The position numbers and the translations under genes were made by a program. 32,000 nucleotides of DNA from Mycolicibacterium smegmatis (GTDB lineage: Bacteria; Actinomycetota; Actinomycetes; Mycobacteriales; Mycobacteriaceae), in NCBI RefSeq assembly GCF_001457595.1, contig NZ_LN831039.1:5070001-5102000 (forward strand), in the 5' to 3' direction. Shown here piece after piece: positions 30,783-32,000 of the stretch. The notes beneath the pieces were generated by a model that saw nothing but the letters and a program-made list of their open reading frames with translations, was not told the origin of the DNA and made no database searches. Within the stretch, counting starts at the first letter, position 1. Every line of letters begins with the position of its first letter.

Positions 30783-32000
30783 TCAACGGGATTGCAAGTC
30801 GTACACCGTGACCCCGCCGACCTCGGTCTTGGGGAAGTTCTCCTTGACCCAGTTGGTGATGTCTCCGGCGCTGCCGTGGCGGAAGCCACCGGGGCCGCGC
30901 CTGCCCTCGGCGGGTGCGAGGAAGTACCGGACGTCTCCGCGTTCGACGTACTGCTGGAACTGTTCGAGGGTCGGTGAATCGTCTGCGCCCATGAACCCAC
31001 CGATCGCCATGAGCGACTCACCGGTCTTGAGTTCCAGGTCACTGACCATCCACGAGCCCACACTCGCTGCCGCCCACCGGTTGTCGGTGTCGGAGATCAG
31101 CTCGCGAAGCGCCGTGTCGTCGTCTCGTTCGCCGCGGTGCGGCCCTCCGAACCCGAAACCGCCTCCGCGCTGCGGGCCCGCCATGGGGAGCGGCCCGCCG
31201 CTCTGCCCGTTGGCCACGGTCTCCACCGAGTACGCCAGCGTCGAACCCAGGCCCAGCACCACCGCCGCCAACGCCAGCGCCGCGGTGACCTGACCCGGCC
31301 GGTGTGCGCGCAGCGCGAGCAGCACCGCGACGACGACCGATCCGATCAGCACGACCCACCGCAGGGCGGGCCACCAGTCGGGCGTGCGGTTCAGCAGCAC
31401 GAACGCCCACACCCCGGTCAGGCCCATCATGGCGGCCAGCAGCAGCCGGATGCCGACGTGAGAACGCCTGCGCCACAACTCGACCACCGAGATGCCCGCG
31501 AGCGCCGCGACGGCCGGGGCCAGCGCCACGGTGTAGTACGGGTGGATCGTGCCGTCCATGAAACTGAACACCACACCGGTCACCGCCAGCCAACCGCCCC
31601 ACACCAGCAGACCGGCCCGCGTGGCCGAAGTGCGGACAGTGTGCCGGGTCAGCCACAGCAACACGACCAGACCGATCAGTGCCACCGGCAGCAGCCACGC
31701 GACCTCGGTGCCCAAGGCGTCGTTGAACAACCGGCCGATACCGGGGTCGCCGCTGTGGAAGATGCCTCGCGAGCCGCCCCCACCCGGGCCGGGGCCACCT
31801 CCACCAGGGCCGGGGCCACCGCCGAAGCCGGGACCGCCACCGCGGCCGACAATGCGCTCGATGCCGTTGTAGCCGAACGCCAACTGCAGCAGGCTGTTGT
31901 CGGTCGAACCGGCGATGTACGGCCGCGATCCGGCGGGCCACAGCGCCACCAGGGCCAGATACCACCCGGCCGAAACCGCCATGGCGACACCGCCGGCCAG
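30783..32000 (-). CDS. GT-C fold glycosyltransferase (family 39 / ArnT-PMT-like), C-terminal part; 5' end lies beyond the window
   Basis: The reading frame stays open to position 32000. It has multiple TM helices, the motif STDNSLLQLAFGYNGIERI and the C-terminal soluble text MAIGGFMGADDSPTLEQFQQYVERGDVRYFL, typical of actinobacterial GT39 proteins. Confidence 0.7.
   Translation of the reverse strand: MAGGVAMAVSAGWYLALVALWPAGSRPYIAGSTDNSLLQLAFGYNGIERIVGRGGGPGFGGGPGPGGGGPGPGGGGSRGIFHSGDPGIGRLFNDALGTEVAWLLPVALIGLVVLLWLTRHTVRTSATRAGLLVWGGWLAVTGVVFSFMDGTIHPYYTVALAPAVAALAGISVVELWRRRSHVGIRLLLAAMMGLTGVWAFVLLNRTPDWWPALRWVVLIGSVVVAVLLALRAHRPGQVTAALALAAVVLGLGSTLAYSVETVANGQSGGPLPMAGPQRGGGFGFGGPHRGERDDDTALRELISDTDNRWAAASVGSWMVSDLELKTGESLMAIGGFMGADDSPTLEQFQQYVERGDVRYFLAPAEGRRGPGGFRHGSAGDITNWVKENFPKTEVGGVTVYDLQSR

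Noticed and set aside
31039-31965. 308-aa alternative frame within the GT39 gene
   Set aside because: The product is Arg/Gly/Pro-rich. The chosen frame has TM helices and conserved GT39 text and stays open to the window edge.

Overview
High-GC actinobacterial chromosome segment. My spot counts of single 60-nt lines give about 72% GC in the core. It is most likely Mycobacterium or Mycolicibacterium: the order Rrf2 regulator, cysNC, cysD, canA matches M. tuberculosis Rv1287-Rv1284, here interrupted by extra genes. All family calls come from motifs read by eye in the supplied translations; no searches were run.

The window has three parts.

(1) Positions 1 to about 5250 are a compositionally foreign island (spot counts 47-60% GC). 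It carries a tyrosine integrase, a tRNA-3'-end-like att remnant and three orphan genes. One is a 325-aa protein translationally coupled to the integrase, with an HslV/proteasome-like N-terminal Thr pattern. The other two form a divergent pair: a 454-aa soluble protein and a 334-aa two-TM protein. This is my best candidate for an undescribed accessory or defence-type system.

(2) Positions 5715-13531 hold a translationally coupled PgaC-like/PgaD-like exopolysaccharide synthase operon with a third orphan membrane protein, plus a PapA5-like acyltransferase, an FAD monooxygenase and a TetR regulator. This block is bracketed by two inverted paralogous genes for secreted proteins built from 11-aa KW..FPGD repeats.

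(3) Positions 13.6-32 kb are ordinary metabolism and regulation:
- DUF899 and an LLM oxidoreductase
- a NarL-type two-component system with a DUF4097 protein
- nitronate monooxygenase, GNAT, VOC, Rrf2, a PNPOx-like protein and an isochorismatase
- cysQ-cysNC-cysD
- an MFS transporter
- a kinase-like protein and a hypothetical protein under a divergent TetR
- a PaaI thioesterase, canA and a partial GT39 glycosyltransferase

I found no rRNA, intact tRNA, CRISPR array or transposase. Many long ORFs in the track are GC-driven shadow ORFs and were rejected.
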